A DNA stretch of 64,000 nt from Scyliorhinus canicula (Eukaryota), in contig NC_052162.1 in the NCBI RefSeq assembly GCF_902713615.1, forward strand, positions 85,785,240 to 85,849,239, given 5' to 3'. A program made the translations under genes and the position numbers. The notes beneath the pieces are model-generated. The model did not search any database. It was given only the letters and a program-made list of their open reading frames with translations, and was not told where the DNA came from. Each line of letters begins with the position of its first letter. Positions within the stretch are counted from its first letter, which is position 1. This document shows positions 1 to 13,079 of the stretch, piece by piece.

Positions 1-493
1 GTCTGAGGAGAATTTGGAATCATACATGTTGCTATCCATTGAAAAGGAATTGTTAGATGAATTGGATGCAGAAGCAATTATTGGCAGATTCGCACAATCA
101 TCTAGCGAACACAAACGATTGCTCTTAATATAGTGGACTGCAGCAATGCTCTATTGTGCTTTTGAACTATCTGTTAATGTGTAAATTGTGCAGTAAACTA
201 TTTAAAAATATCAACCAATTACTTAAAATTAAAAAAAATAAATAAAAAATTCAATTATAACGTTCTGTATTTACATTTGGTATCTACTGCCAGTAATATG
301 TACAGTACATGTACACTGTAATTACTAAGAAATACACATTTTTTCCACAAAAATTTAATTGTACCCTTTTTTCCATATGTATTTTTTGAAAATTTTATTT
401 ATTCGTTATGAAAATTAAATGATAGCATTGTAGTTGTGGGTGGGCCCCCTTTGTCTCCTGGAAACCAATATTTTTAGACCCAGTCCGCCACTG
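1..493 (+). mobile_element. 3' end of hAT (Tip100/ZMYM1-like) DNA transposon with right TIR
   Basis: 2..133 reads SEENLESYMLLSIEKELLDELDAEAIIGRFAQSSSEHKRLLLI*, like the hAT C-terminal dimerisation domain. An AT-rich 3' region follows, then the terminus CCCAGTCCGCCACTG (revcomp CAGTGGCGGACTGGG) at 479-493. Confidence 0.8.
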
Positions 494-514
494 CTGATGA
501 CTTTGTGTTTTTCC

Positions 515-700
515 TAGCCCATAACTGCACCCAATGGTCGAGTTGTGGCTGAACTAATGTTTAACACAACCTTCTGTGCTCTTGTACTCCACGCTCCTAT
601 TAATAAAGCCTAGGATACTGGATGCTAATTATGCTTTCAACCTGTCCTACACCCAGATTTCCCTGCTCCTGTATCCTCTTTAGTACACCTAATAGAATAA
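515..700 (-). mobile_element. old CR1-type LINE RT fragment
   Basis: Degenerate similarity to the RT C-terminal region of the other CR1 copies in this window. Confidence 0.4.
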
Positions 701-754
701 ATTCAGGTGGCACTACAGGGATGCTCAAGACTGCAGAATATCAAGGGAGATTTA

Positions 755-925
755 ATAATAATAATAATAATCACTTATTGTCACAAGTAGGCTTCAATGA
801 TGTTACTGTTGAAAAGCTCCTGATCACCACATTCCAGCACCTGTTCGGGGAGGCTGGTACGGGAATCGAACCTGCACTGCTGGCATTGTTCTGCATTGCA
901 AGCCAGCTATTTAGCTCACATCAGT
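755..925 (-). mobile_element. short tRNA-derived SINE (about 190 bp family)
   Basis: Matches the 6985-7178 copy: B-box-like GGTTCGATTCCC, tail GCCTACTTGTGACAATAAG, then (TTA)n. Confidence 0.8.
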
Positions 926-1059
926 AGATATGGGCTCCAGCATCCAGTCTCATTTGTACCCAGCTTTACCATTTCACTCATTCAGGCCACTGTGGGTTCC
1001 ACTTCAGACAGTACGTAGTTTAGTACATTTGGATGTCAGAGATGGAGGTACTTCACTCT

Positions 1060-1265
1060 CTGTGCAGAGTCTGCATGTTGGTTTCTTCCGGGTGCTCCGG
1101 TTTCCTCCCACAAGTCCCGAAACACGTGCTTTTTAGATGAATTGGACATTCTGAATTCTCCCTCAGTGTACCCGAACAGGCGCCGGAGTGTGGTGACGAG
1201 GGGATTTTCACAGCAACTTCATTGCAGTGTTAATGTAAGCCAGCTTGTGACAATTATAAAGATGA
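1060..1265 (+). mobile_element. V-SINE core with 'TTCACAGTAACTTCATTG...GTGACAATA' tail
   Basis: V-domain CCGGGTGCTCCGGTTTCCTCCCAC joined to the tail of the short SINE family. Confidence 0.7.
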
Positions 1266-1939
1266 TAATTAGTAGTAAGTAAGCCATTGGGATAGATATC
1301 TCCAGGGGATAATAACACTGTGAACACAGTACTCATACATCACCAGAACCTTTGGTCTACAGACTATTGGTCTCTCCATTGGAAGTCCTACTTCCTCCAG
1401 GCACCAGGCCCATTGGAGATCCAGGTGACTGTCTCTGTACTGCTGCGAAGTAGGTTAAGTTCCCTGGTGTGACTGCAAATCTTGGTAATATGTTTTACTG
1501 CACGGGTGGCATATGAGAACCTAACTGTGTACATAATACATGAGGTGGGTGACTGCCAACATTGATTTGACATGTTTCTGGAGGTCATGCAACATAAGAT
1601 TACCTGGCATCAACCTTCCGCCCGCAGATTGCAACTATTCCTGCATTATTACGCCATAATTTCAAACACAACTTTGACAAGTAGTTGACGCACCCAGCGA
1701 GAACATTTCATCTGTGTCTCCGATTTCAAATCTCGGATATTTTTTACACATGAGAATAAATATTTTTGGGCCAGCGCAGAGATAAAAAATATGTATTTCA
1801 AAATCAGACACACAGGTATCGGCAGTGAATCAGGCGGTGAGTTTTCAGTGCTCTGTATTCCTTGATATTTATTGCAGGAATAACATTCTTGCTCGCTTCT
1901 TGAACAGTTAAAATCGGGAAACAGGCGCCATGGCTGCTG

Positions 1940-3300
1940 AGCGAGAGAGAGAAGGTAGGACATGCAGAGGCGCGACCGTTGGCCGTCGGCCCTGCTGCTG
2001 GCTGGGGGAGGGAATTAGGGGAAATGGGGGGTGACCAAGGGATGGGCCGTGGATTCAGGGTGGCCCCCCCATAGGACTGGGGTGCACAGGCACGGACCAA
2101 CAAGGCGGCCATCTTGCTGCACATCCCACTGACCACCCACCGTGGCCCGTGTTTCTGCAGAGTGACACCGGCCATGAGGGTGTCTCTACCCCACCACCCC
2201 CGCACCCCATCCTTCACCCAACATCCCTGCATCCCAACCCCCACCCTCCACCCCAGCACACCATCCCTCACCCGCCACCCCAACAACTCTCTCCCATCCC
2301 CAATGGGCTGCCACCCGACGGTGGGGCAGCACATGGCCCATCCAAGGGCAATGTCCACAGTAGCCCCTGCAGGAGGGTGCCGGACGGGAGCGTGGAGTAT
2401 GCCGCTGGGCTGGGTAGTGCCAGCGAACGGTACTCCGTACGTCCAGGGATGGGCACCAGGGACTGAGGCACCTAAATTGTTGTGCAACGATGGGGCTAGG
2501 GTAGCGGTGGGCAGAATGCCGAGCGGAACAGCCAGGGGTGGGTGTGGGGATGGGGGGAGGGGGGGGGGGAATGGGTCTGCAGTGCAGACCAGAGCCACTG
2601 TGTAGCTGGTGGACCCGCTGGGTATGGCGGTATGCACCATGCTAACATGTGTGACTGTCACTCCCTTGGTCAATGGACTTCAGAATTCAATCAGGGATGG
2701 TGACATTCATCCTAGTTGCTGCAGCCCTGTGGGATGGACTGAGGATGTACGAGCTAGAGCTGCTCGAGCAGGACCCTGTAGCAGTGGAGCCTATCCCAGA
2801 GGAACAGGAGTCAGCCGAGGAGGAGGAGGTGGAAAAGAGGCGCCACATGAAGCCCCGTACTGGCAACGCTTGTCTTTCAAGGACCTGTCGGATCGGGCGT
2901 GCTGATGAAGACGCCGAATAAGCAGGGAGACAGTGCGACATATCTGCCTTATCATGTCACAGCTGACAACACAGGGGTATGGGAGAGGACACCCACTCCC
3001 AGTGGTAGTCAAGGTGATGGTCGCCCTGAACTGCTATGCTGCGGGCTCCTTCCATGAGCCGAGTGGGGACCTGTCCGGAATCTTGCAGACCTCGGTGCAC
3101 AGGTTCATCTGTGCCATCACTGAGGCCTTTTATGCCCGGTCAGCACAATATATCAAATTCAATGTGGACCGAGCCCACTTGGATGCCCGGGCAGCTGGGT
3201 TCACCATCATTGCCGAGATGTTCCAGGTCCGGGGGGTTGATCAACATTACCTTACGAGCACTTGCAAATGATAGACCGCTCTTCATAAACCGAAGTCCCA
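1940..3300 (+). pseudogene. PIF/Harbinger element fragment with decayed HARBI1-like transposase (N-terminal half, about 2673-3290)
   Basis: Frameshifted peptides RLSFKDLSD, RETVRHIC, HPLPVVVKVMVALNCYAAGSFHEPSGDLSGILQTSVHRFICAITEA; homologous to 24534-25800. Confidence 0.85.
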
Positions 3301-3580
3301 CCTACCCTCTCAGGCAGAGGGAAAAGTGACAGAAGAGTAGGGGCCTAAAACCAGCCTAACCAAAACAGAATAGGTGTGAAATTCAGCACTGCTGGATTCC
3401 GGGCATGTCTTTTTGCTCAATGCTAATATTTTTTTCAGGGAACTTCTTCAACCAATGATCGGCCCCTAATGAACATACATCAGGAAGCTAATGCCTTAGG
3501 TGACCACCTGCGGCGGCTAACAAATGGGCCGAACAAGTTTTGCTGTGGACCAAGCACAAAGGCATTTTGAGTGTAGGCCA

Positions 3581-3838
3581 TGTGGTGAACGCACGGTTGT
3601 GCTGTAATTCATCTACTGACCATTAGGAGTCTCATTAGTATATAAGTGAATGTTAGAGTCAAGTGATCTCAGGCTGACCAGGGAGCTAGAAGAGAGAGGT
3701 TGCTTGTGCATATTCATATTGTTATTCATCTGTTATTTTGTATATATTTGACCCACAGTTAATGTTAATAAATCATTTATAACTTTAGCTATAAGTGTTG
3801 TTGTACTATAAATCAGGCCATCCGACAAGAACATTGCA
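3581..3838 (+). mobile_element. solo LTR inserted in a MITE (about 3372-3919)
   Basis: TG...CA termini, TATA and AATAAA, 5-bp TSD GGCCA/GACCA. Confidence 0.75.
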
Positions 3839-4019
3839 GACCACCTCGCTGCTGAATGCATCAGTATAATGCCCATTTTATGTCAAAAAGCTGGCACAAC
3901 ACAAGCTAATTTCTACCCCTTGTCTCATGGCCGATAGCAGAAGACTTGAAATGGTAATCTTAAGCACAGGAAATCCAATTTTGATTTTAAACATCACTGT
4001 AAATATAACTCACTTCTAA

Positions 4020-4747
4020 AGGCACGATCCACTGGCCGCGTTGCGCTCTCACCAAGATGACCAGGAGCCACTGCTCAGCTGGCAGGACCATGGTGGCAGC
4101 TCGGGTACCATGGTGGCAGTGCAAGGGTGCCGGAGTGCAAGGGTGACATTGCCAAGGTTCAGGGGCTGCTCGAACTTGTTAGCGGGGGGCTGGTGAGTGT
4201 GGTTCCAGCAAATTGGCTGGCGAGCCTTCATTTGCAGCATGAAGCCCGTGGGGCATTGTTAAGTGGACCAATTAACTTTGAATAGCATTGCCGGCCTTGC
4301 CGGGCCGCGTGCCGGGAAGCTCGCGCAGTTCCCGCTCACTTCTGTAATGTTCTTTGAGTGGGCTGATGTTGAATCTTGATATTGTAGTGTGAACAAATTA
4401 CATTAGACTTTGTTTTATCAACAAAGTTATTTATTACTAACACTACACTAACAAATGACTAAAATTACTAAAATATCTAAGATTAATACAATTTGAAATA
4501 ATGGTCTGACGCTAACTTACGCTAAGATACTACAGAGCTACTCTAAATTGTGACTGCTACCAAATCCTTATCGACACTTTCTCCTGGAACACATGATCAT
4601 GTGTTGGCATATTCACACCACCTGGTGGTCGGATGCTGGAACTACAACAGTTATAAATATATTATTATTTACATACAGATGATAATACAGATGACAATCT
4701 ACTTATCATCACACACACTTAGAAATCTTTCGGGTGAATTATGCCCA
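4020..4747. mobile_element. Harbinger-derived non-autonomous element interrupted by an LTR-like insert (4343-4713, minus)
   Basis: Terminus CACACTTAGAAAT...GAATTATGCCC resembles the 54440-54478 Harbinger end. The insert runs TGTAATG...ATCACA with TTTATT but has no clean TSD. Confidence 0.55.
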
Positions 4748-5549
4748 AAGTGTCATTGGACAGCGGTGGAGAACTCGCTAGCAGAACCGGCGGGAAACTC
4801 CCTGAAAAACCCGCTACAAATGAACTTAGCAATTTTTCCAATGAATCAAGCTCTAAACGTTTGTCCACAAACTCCAAAACCTGATGCAAATCTCGTGTAG
4901 ATCCTTTACGAGACCTGAGTAAGGTTCCAAAATTGCCTGAAAAAACTCCGGAAGGAGTCAACATTAACTCTCAAATGATGATCTTGCTGCCTCCTTAAGA
5001 GTGTTTAAAGAAACACAGGCCCTTGGGTGTCATTGTTCTCCATTTAGAATGAGTCTAGCTACTGCTTCTCATGAAGGTTGAGAGCATATTTGCTGCAGTG
5101 CTGCAGACATGGGCTTCTCACTCCAGTATGGAAATATCCCAGTCACTGAGATTTAGGGTAGGATCAACACCCTGAAGAGTTAATGACAGATGAGGCCCTT
5201 TTTGATAACCTACACTCATCATCCCACCTCCACCTCCGCGTATGTGAAGCACTAGGGAGCACTGCTAAGAGGAGTGATGAGGCACATTTTAAATACATAC
5301 TTTTCTTTCAACACAATCAGCAAGGAACATGATAAATTACGGAGGATTAAACCTACAGTTTGAGCAAGACCATTTGTAATTTTGAGTGATCGGGCCTCTT
5401 AAAAGTTATTAATACGTTTGAAATAAAATTATCACAATGAATGCCAAGAATTTTATTTAAATTTCCTCCCTCCCTCAATAATAACTTGCATTTTTACAGC
5501 ACCTTTAACATTACTGCAAATCATTCTAAAGCAAGGAATTAAAAATGAA

Positions 5550-5690
5550 TTGAAATGAAAATCGTTTATTGTCACAAGTAGGCTTCAAATGAAGTTCTGT
5601 GAAAAGCCCCTAGTCGCCACATTCCGGTGCCTGTTCGGGGAGGCTGTTACGGGAATTGAACCGTGCTGCTGGCCTGCCTTGGTCTGCTTG
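5550..5690 (-). mobile_element. short tRNA-derived SINE, truncated
   Basis: Same family as 6985-7178. Confidence 0.75.
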
Positions 5691-5777
5691 ACAATAAGTC
5701 AAGCACCACCCCCTGATTAATACGTCCCGAAAGTGGGAGCAAAAATTCACACACGCCAATGTATTATCAAGTGTGAT

Positions 5778-6134
5778 CATCATAGAATCATAGAATTTAC
5801 AGTGCAGAAGGAGGCCTTTCGGCCCATTGAGTCTGCACTGGCCCTCTAGAGTGTGGGCACTCTACGTAAGCCCACACCTCCACCCTATCCCTGTAACCCA
5901 GTAACCCCACCCAACCCAATGTTTTTTGGACACTAAGGGCAATTTAGCAGGACCAATCTACCTAACCTGCACATCTTTAGACTGTGGGTGGAAAACGGAG
6001 CACCCGGAGGAGACTCACGCAGACACGGGGATAAAGTGCAAACTCTGCACAGACAGTGACCCAAGCCAGGAATCGAACCTGGGACCATGGAGCTGTTAAG
6101 CAACTGTGCTAACTACTGTGCTGCCGTGGCCCCC
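5778..6134 (-). mobile_element. HE1-type V-SINE
   Basis: tRNA-like head, V-domain and CR1-like tail ending (TTCTATGA)n. Confidence 0.9.
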
Positions 6135-6984
6135 ATCACACCAGTCTGGGATAATATGGTTAGCGGACAGGTCTGGAAATCAGGGGTTCATTCGTGCTAT
6201 GCAAATTTAAGTTGCTAGGCTGGTTGGGCTCATTTAAAAGGCAATCGATTGCCATAATAAGTGCAGAACGGGATAAAACGCTTTCAGAGTGGGATTTATG
6301 CAAGCAACATTTCAAGTTTTCTGATCAGGCACCAGGGTGAGGTGTCTGAGGGTAGAATTAAATCTTGGCTGACCAGTGTTCTTTTGCCACTGGAAGTGCC
6401 TAGTGGAAGAAGTGGATGCATACTGACTTGAATTTATGATTTAACAACCAGCAGAGAGGTCTATTTCTGTATTGCGCTATGATAAAGGCCAGAGTGGCCC
6501 TTTGAATTGCAGACCGTGACCTAGATCTGGATCAAGGCTGACAAGCGCCAGTGCAGGATATCCCTCCAAACTGCTCTGATTGAGTGGGATACTCTCACTC
6601 TGCAGCCCGGAACCCACCTAGCACTCTTAATTGGCGCAACTGATGGTTTATTTGGAGTCTTTGGCCGACAAACTCAGAAGTCTGATTGCTTCCATGTAGC
6701 TGGCCCATATGCTATGCCGGCGCACATTATTCAACCCTAGGATATTAATATTAGGACAGGCAACCTCAAGGTTAGTCCAAGTGGAAGGTTTCAAGGCTTT
6801 CCTGGTAAGGGTCATGGGAGTCAGCAGTCTCTTGCATCTTAGCCATTCATCATGATTTATGGGATCCACCAATAGCTTAGTTTTACACACTCGTCGCAGA
6901 AAAATACAGTCAGAAGAGACCCTTCACCCATTGAGCCGGCACCACCATGCAAAAACTGCCTGATCTACTGACCTGATCCCATGA

Positions 6985-7178
6985 GGGGATGGTTTAGCTC
7001 ACTGGGCTAAATCGCTGGCTTTGAAAGCAGACCAAGCAGGCCAGCAGCACGGTTCGATTCCCGTACCGGCCTCTCCGGACAGGCGCCGGAATGTGGCGAC
7101 TAGGGGCTTTTCACAGTAACTTCATTGAAGCCTACTTGTGACAATAAGCGATTTTCATTAAATTTCATTTCATTCATT
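6985..7178 (+). mobile_element. short tRNA-derived SINE, full length
   Basis: A-box TAGCTCACTGG, B-box GGTTCGATTCCC, tail GTGACAATAAG followed by (TTTCA)n. Confidence 0.85.
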
Positions 7179-8644
7179 TGCCAGCACTTGCCCCTCGCCT
7201 TAGCCATGGCCCACATATGCACCTACATGGGTAGCAGTTCAAATCCAATCCCAAGTGCCATCTTGTCCATATCGTTTTAGCTCACTTTCCTCCAACCACC
7301 TTACTTAGAGAAAATGGATAATCTGAATTTGAATAGATTACTTGACGTACAAATGACCGTCACCTGGGATGGTTTAATTGAAATAAGTTCTTTAGTTTTA
7401 CAAGGGGGGGGGGGAGATGTAGAAACTGGTGTTAAGTAACTACTTTTCTTAAATGTTGATGTAGGCAATCATTAACTCTGTAACCTCACAGCAAACTGGA
7501 GAGCAGCAAATTCAGCAAGGACTGTGACTCAAGCTTGGGAACTGGGCGATACACGTGACTCACTTCCAGAGTCAGTAGCACTGAGCCATCAGGGTCGTGA
7601 GTCTTATTCTGATACTGTCAGCATTAGGTGAGGAAGACAAGAGTGACATTGTGTAAGGTCCATGCAATGGATGAATATTATGTGCATATAATATATACAC
7701 AAGGAACACATGTAAAAATGGCAGAGTGAAACTCAGCAGATTCCTTCGATGCAGTGTAACATTCGGATAAGATCAACATTTTATGGATTGGGATTCAGTG
7801 GGAAATGATTTTATATGCGGGAATTTAATTTCTGGATCGTCTATATCTGTTTATCTCGAGCTAGCTTCAGAAGGTAATGTAATTCTGAAAGTCCTTGACA
7901 CAACTGAGCACAATTCAGGTGCAAGTTATTTGCTGTAATATGTGATGCTTTGATCTGGTTTACAATGATGCCATTGTAAGTATATAAAGATTGAGGCTTT
8001 CTTTTTTTGTTGTTTTTTGACTGCCAACAGCAGTGAGTGGAGGAGTTTTCGTACATTGTGTTCTCGATGACCCCCACGGGGTTAACTATATACTCCCTGT
8101 GCTCAATGCAGTCAGGAACGTGGGCTCCTATCAGCTCTTCGCCTCATGAACAGAGCAGAGAGATATAGAGGAAATCAGAATGTAATTACAGAGTCAAATA
8201 GAATTATGTGAATGTAATTACTTCCCTCTCTAGGTTTACCTAGTATGGGCAAATGATGAGTCTCAGGCATTTGGACTGATTCAGCATGGACCTTAAACAA
8301 AGAGGTCCTCATATAATCATAGATATGTAGAGATGCCATCGATTTCTACATCTTTTCCCACTGTAAAATTGAAGTACTTATTCAAAGGAATCCACCCTAA
8401 AGAACAACCATCTGTCATTTCTTAGAATTCAGATTGTCCATTTCTTCTAAGCACGGAAATAGTTTTTGTGAGAGATGAAGTTTGCTGATGATGGTGCTGA
8501 GATGTATGAATTTGAAGTTGTGGTCCTGTGTGATCAGCTCGATGAGGTGAATAATCAACATCACAGTTGCCCATCAGAAAAGGAAATATATCCTCCTCGT
8601 CACATCCTCACATCCTGGTCTGCTCACTATCAAGTGTCTTGCGG

Positions 8645-8873
8645 AGGCGGCACGTGGCACAGTGGTTAGTGCTGGAACTATGGCGCTGAGGACCCGGGTT
8701 CGAAACCTGGCCCTGGGTCACTGCCCGTGTGGAGTTTGCACATTCTCCCTGTCTCTGCGTGGGTTTCACCCCCACAACCCAAAAGATGTGCAGGTTAGGT
8801 GGATTGGCCATGCTAAATTGCCCCTTAATTGGAAAAATAATAATTGGGTACTCTAAATTTATATTTTTAAAAA
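8645..8873 (+). mobile_element. V-SINE variant with short A-rich tail and 12-bp TSD
   Basis: HE1-like head and V-domain; TSD AAGTGTCTTGCG at 8632-8643 and 8872-8883. Confidence 0.9.
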
Positions 8874-9301
8874 GTGTCTTGCGCTCCACTTTGCGGTGTA
8901 TTTAACAGATGTGTGTTAGCATTGAACAAGCACTTGACCTGCTTTGGTCCCGATAGAAATGATGCGAGCTTGTGATCGCAATTCAGCTGCTTGATGTGCA
9001 TCCAATCTCCAAACTGAAATACTGGTTTCCTTGCATGCGTTCACTTATCAAAGTACGCTTTTATTTCACCTTGTCACTTTATGGTTTCTCCTGCTTTTGT
9101 CCGACATTTTCATTGGATAGCAGCGATAATTGAAGAATGGTTGGCAACCTGCAAAAGTGACGACCAGCTATCAGTTCGGCCGGTGTTTCTGGTCAGAGAG
9201 TGGGGCGGATAGGTAAGTGTGAAGTAGGATATGAATGGATTGTTTAGGTGTTTTTCCCTCCGACATATTAGCTCTCCGACTGTCCTTTATCACCCTGTTA
9301 A

Positions 9302-9500
9302 GTAATAATCTTTATTGTCACACTCATATTAATGCTGCAATCAGGCTACTGTGAAAAGCCCTAGTCACCACATTCAGGCACCTGTTCGCGTACACAGAGA
9401 ATTCAGAATGTCCAAATTACCTTACAACACGTCTTTCGGGACTTGTGGGAGGAAACCGGAGCACTCGGAGGAAACCCACTCAGACAGGGGGAGAACGCGC
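9302..9500 (-). mobile_element. V-SINE core with GTGACAATAAA-type tail
   Basis: Homologous to 1060-1265. Confidence 0.7.
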
Positions 9501-9917
9501 AGTCCAATCTATGCATCATTCTAAATGACAGAAGGTCAGGTTGTACATTCCCAGTGACTGTGCCATTCAAGCTAGGATTAATAAGGACACAGGGAGTCCA
9601 CACCGAGGAGAATAGAAACAAAGTTTATTTATAAAAGCGATATGTACAATATCCGGTAGATCCCTACCGGGTTCTGCTCTGGTTGGTGCCTTACTGGCTG
9701 ACTTTTTACATAGTGATTAATGAGGTACCCTGCCACTGGTGGGGGAGCTTGTACTCTGCGAGGAGCACGGGAAGACAAGCATTCGCATCCCATAGGTCCC
9801 GCATGGGATATTATACCAGGATCCTATATAAAACTTTGATTGCCATTCAAGTAACTCACTTCCTGACTCTCCAAATCTTGTCCACCACCACATGACCGCA
9901 TCAAACTTGGTGCAGTA

Positions 9918-10249
9918 GGGCCGCATGGTGGCACCGTGGTTAGCGCTGCTGCCTCACAGCGGCAGGGACCCGGGTTCGATTCCGACCTCGGGTGACTGTG
10001 TGGAGTTTGCGCTTTCTCCCCTTGTCTGTGTGGGTTTCCTCCGGGTGCTCCGCTTTCCTCCCACGGTCCAATGATGTGCAGGTTAGGTGAATTGGCCAGG
10101 CTAAATTTCCCAGACGTTAGGTGGGGTTACCAGAATAAGAGTAGGGGGATTGAGCCGAGGTGGGGGTGCTCTATTGGAGCAAGGGCCGATGCAGACTTGA
10201 TGAGTCGAATGGCCTCCTTCTGCACTATAGGGATTCCATGATTCTATGA
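9918..10249 (+). mobile_element. HE1-type V-SINE
   Basis: Head, V-domain and CR1-like tail. Confidence 0.9.
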
Positions 10250-10254
10250 CAGAA

Positions 10255-10640
10255 ATCAGGAGTACAATGGCCTACTCCCCACTTGCCAGCTCTAACAATG
10301 CTCAAGAAGATCAACACCATTCAGAACAAAGCAGCCTGTGTGATTGGCATCTTATTCGCCACCCTTAAGCAGTCACTCACTCACTCCACCACCAGCATGC
10401 CGGTTGCAATGTTTTCCATCGACTAGATACAGTGCAGCAACGTGCCAAGGCTGCTTCAACAGCATCTTCCACAGCCGGGACCTCTACTACCTAGATAAAC
10501 AAATGCAACAGGCATATGGGAGCACCACCACCTGCAGGTTTCCCTCCAAGTCACCCACCATCCTGGACTACAGCGGTTCCAGAGAGCAACTCATCACCAC
10601 CTTCCAAAGGGCAATTCAGGATAGGCAATAAATAATGACC
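10255..10640 (+). mobile_element. 3' end of CR1/L2-group (Crack-like) LINE
   Basis: Homologous to 47847-48440 (LKKINTIQNKAA); tail GGGCAATT.AGGATAGGCAATAAAT. Confidence 0.7.
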
Positions 10641-10652
10641 TTGAGAGCATCA

Positions 10653-10830
10653 GAGGCTGGTTTAGCACAGGGCTAAATCGCTGGCTTTGAAAGCAGACCA
10701 AGGTAGGCCAGCAGCACTGTTCAATTCCTGTACCAGTCTCCCTGAACTGGCACCGGAATGTGGCGACTAGGGGCTTTTCACAGTAACTCCATTTGAAGCC
10801 TACTTGTGACAATAAGCGATTTTCATTTCA
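10653..10830 (+). mobile_element. short tRNA-derived SINE
   Basis: Same family as 6985-7178. Confidence 0.85.
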
Positions 10831-10901
10831 ACATCCACGCTTACACAGCTGTGACTGTGTCGTTCAAATCCAAACCTGGGAAAAGGTACATGTGAGCATC
10901 T

Positions 10902-11062
10902 GGAGCGGAATTCTCATGTCCACCTGCTGTGTGTTCCTGGGCGGCGCACCCTCGCCAGTACCGGGATTCGCCGTTCCTGCCGTCTGCCAATGGGGTTGTC
11001 TATTGTGGCCACCCCACGCCACCAGGAGAACGGAGAATCCCACCGGCAGAGAATCCTGCTCC
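10902..11062. mobile_element. about 160-bp Harbinger-type MITE
   Basis: TIRs GGAGCGGAATTCTC / GAGAATCCTGCTCC, related to the TIR at 23644. Confidence 0.75.
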
Positions 11063-11847
11063 TCGTTTTGATTTTGAATTGTTGAATTGTAAGGCTTTGT
11101 TGGAGTGAGGTTTTGTGGCACGAAGGAAGTCTGAGGTAAAGTAACTCTAATCTGTTGTTTTTCATGTGTTAGAAATGACTGTTGGTGCTAATATGAGATG
11201 AGTGCAGACTGTTCATATGGAATTCCCCTGTCTTCAATTTTAACAGAGGTAATATCCTAATTGGAAACTGGTTACGGCTGCTTTAAAATCATGGACAGAC
11301 AGGTGACAACTGAGTCAGTCAAATGTTCAATGCTCTTTTCACCCATATAGTCACTATTAACCGTCTATATTTGCCGACATGGGAACAGCTCACTTGTTGG
11401 TGCACAGATGGGTGAAAGCTTCCATTGCACTCACTAAACCAGACTCGTGACTTCCCTCCAATAATACATTCTGCGGCCAGTGATTCAGCAAATAAAAACA
11501 GAGAACCACACTTAGAGAAAGAAGCACAGTTTTATGCTGGACTTCCTCAGCGCCTCGAAACTCCCCTTCCTTACAATTCAAAGAATCAAAATCAAGTTCC
11601 ACGTGCTTACATTAACCCTTTTTCCTGTTAAGGGCGCATGACTGTGAAGAGGAGAAAAGGATTATTGATGGAATGAAATTTTGAGTCATGTCGCAAGGGC
11701 CAGGAGGGGTGAATTAGCATCTGGTCACAAAGAAGGGGTTAGCGAAGGTGGAGGACTATGTGGGCGAAATGGAGAGGAGGAATGCTGAAGAGGGAAAAAA
11801 GGGTGAGGCAGCTGACTGTCCTGTCACAAATGGTCAGATAAGGGGCA

Positions 11848-12520
11848 AAGACTTGTATTTATAATGCATCTTTCATGGCCCGTAAATGCCTCCAAAGCAA
11901 TTTACAGCCAATGAAATACTTCAGAAATGTAGCCAATGTTGTGATGGAGAAAGTGTGCACTGCAAGGCTACAAGGGTCGGAATGACATAATTAGTGACAC
12001 AGATTAGCTGTTGGTTGGGGGGTCAGAGCATGAGTGAGAACTCCCCTATCCTTCGTCAACATTGTGTCATGGGATATTTCATATACAACTGAGAGGGTAT
12101 TCATAGAATTTACAGTGCAGAAGGAGGCCATTCGGCCCATCGAGTCTTCACCGGCTCTTGGAAAGAGCACCATACCCAAGGTCAACACCTCCACCCTAGC
12201 CCCATAACCCAGTAACCCCACCCAACACTAAGGGCAATTTTGGACCCTAAGGACAATTTATCATGGCCAATCCACCTAACCTGCACATCTTTAGACTGTG
12301 GGAGGAAACCGGAGCACCCGGAGAAAGCCCACGCACACACGGGGAGAACGTTAAGACTCCGCACAGACAGTGACCCAAGCCGGAATCGAACCTGGGACCC
12401 TGGAGCTGTGAAGAAATTGTGCTAACCACTATGCTACTGTGCTGCCCCGAAGGGTAGATGGTGTCTCGGTTTAATTTCTCAACCAAAAGATGGCACTTCT
12501 GAGAGTGCAGCGCTCCCTCA
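11848..12520 (-). mobile_element. old DeuSINE (SacSINE1/AmnSINE1-like) interrupted by an HE1 SINE
   Basis: Deu-like GAGGGAGCGCTGCACT...GTGCCATCTTTTGGTTGAGAAATTAAACCGAG; tail CATTGGCTGTAAA...TATAAATACAAG. Confidence 0.65.
12101..12448 (-). mobile_element. HE1-type V-SINE
   Basis: Full length, with short TSD AGGGTA. Confidence 0.9.
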
Positions 12521-12734
12521 TTGTTGGGTGTTCACTTCCCTGGTTACTGATTAGTGGGAGACATAGTGTAAAACATACTGTAATGAAATTAGTACATACG
12601 TGAAAACAAGATGGAGACTGCACACTTATGGCCAATCAACAATCCCATCGGATAATACTGTTATAAACATTAATTTTTAAATTTTTTTTTAAAAGTACCC
12701 AATGTTATATTACTTACTGTAATATATGTTACTC

Positions 12735-13071
12735 TGTTTCATACCAAGATGCTCTTAAACTCAATGTTGATTAATACTCGTAGTCATCCAATGAAAGCAA
12801 GTACTTTATTGAGTAACTAAAACAAATAAACTTGTGAGTTTGTTCTGCCTCCAATACTTTTACTAGCTATTAAATTAAACAAGATTTAATAAGAATAAAC
12901 TATGATAACTACACTTGCACTCTGAGCTAACTCTCTACACCTCTGGTCACTAGTCACAATACACACAAAGAGGTGGGAACTCAGATTGTTAGTGCTGTTA
13001 TCTAGTGATCACTTTGCTGTGATGACTATATATTAACCCCTTATGTATAAACAGATATGCAGATCACTACA
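12735..13071 (-). mobile_element. probable solo LTR
   Basis: TG...CA ends and minus-strand AATAAA; one end resembles the 50263-50737 LTR; no TSD found. Confidence 0.5.
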
Positions 13072-13079
13072 CCCAATTC

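Noticed and set aside
1804-2673. 289-aa Pro/Gly-rich ORF and similar long ORFs at 25-27 kb, 52-54 kb, 57 kb and 60 kb
   Set aside because: Stop-poor frames in GC-rich Harbinger sequence; antisense or out of frame to the real transposon genes.
6985-7070. tRNA-like A/B boxes here and at the SINE heads
   Set aside because: SINE heads without a complete cloverleaf, not tRNA genes.
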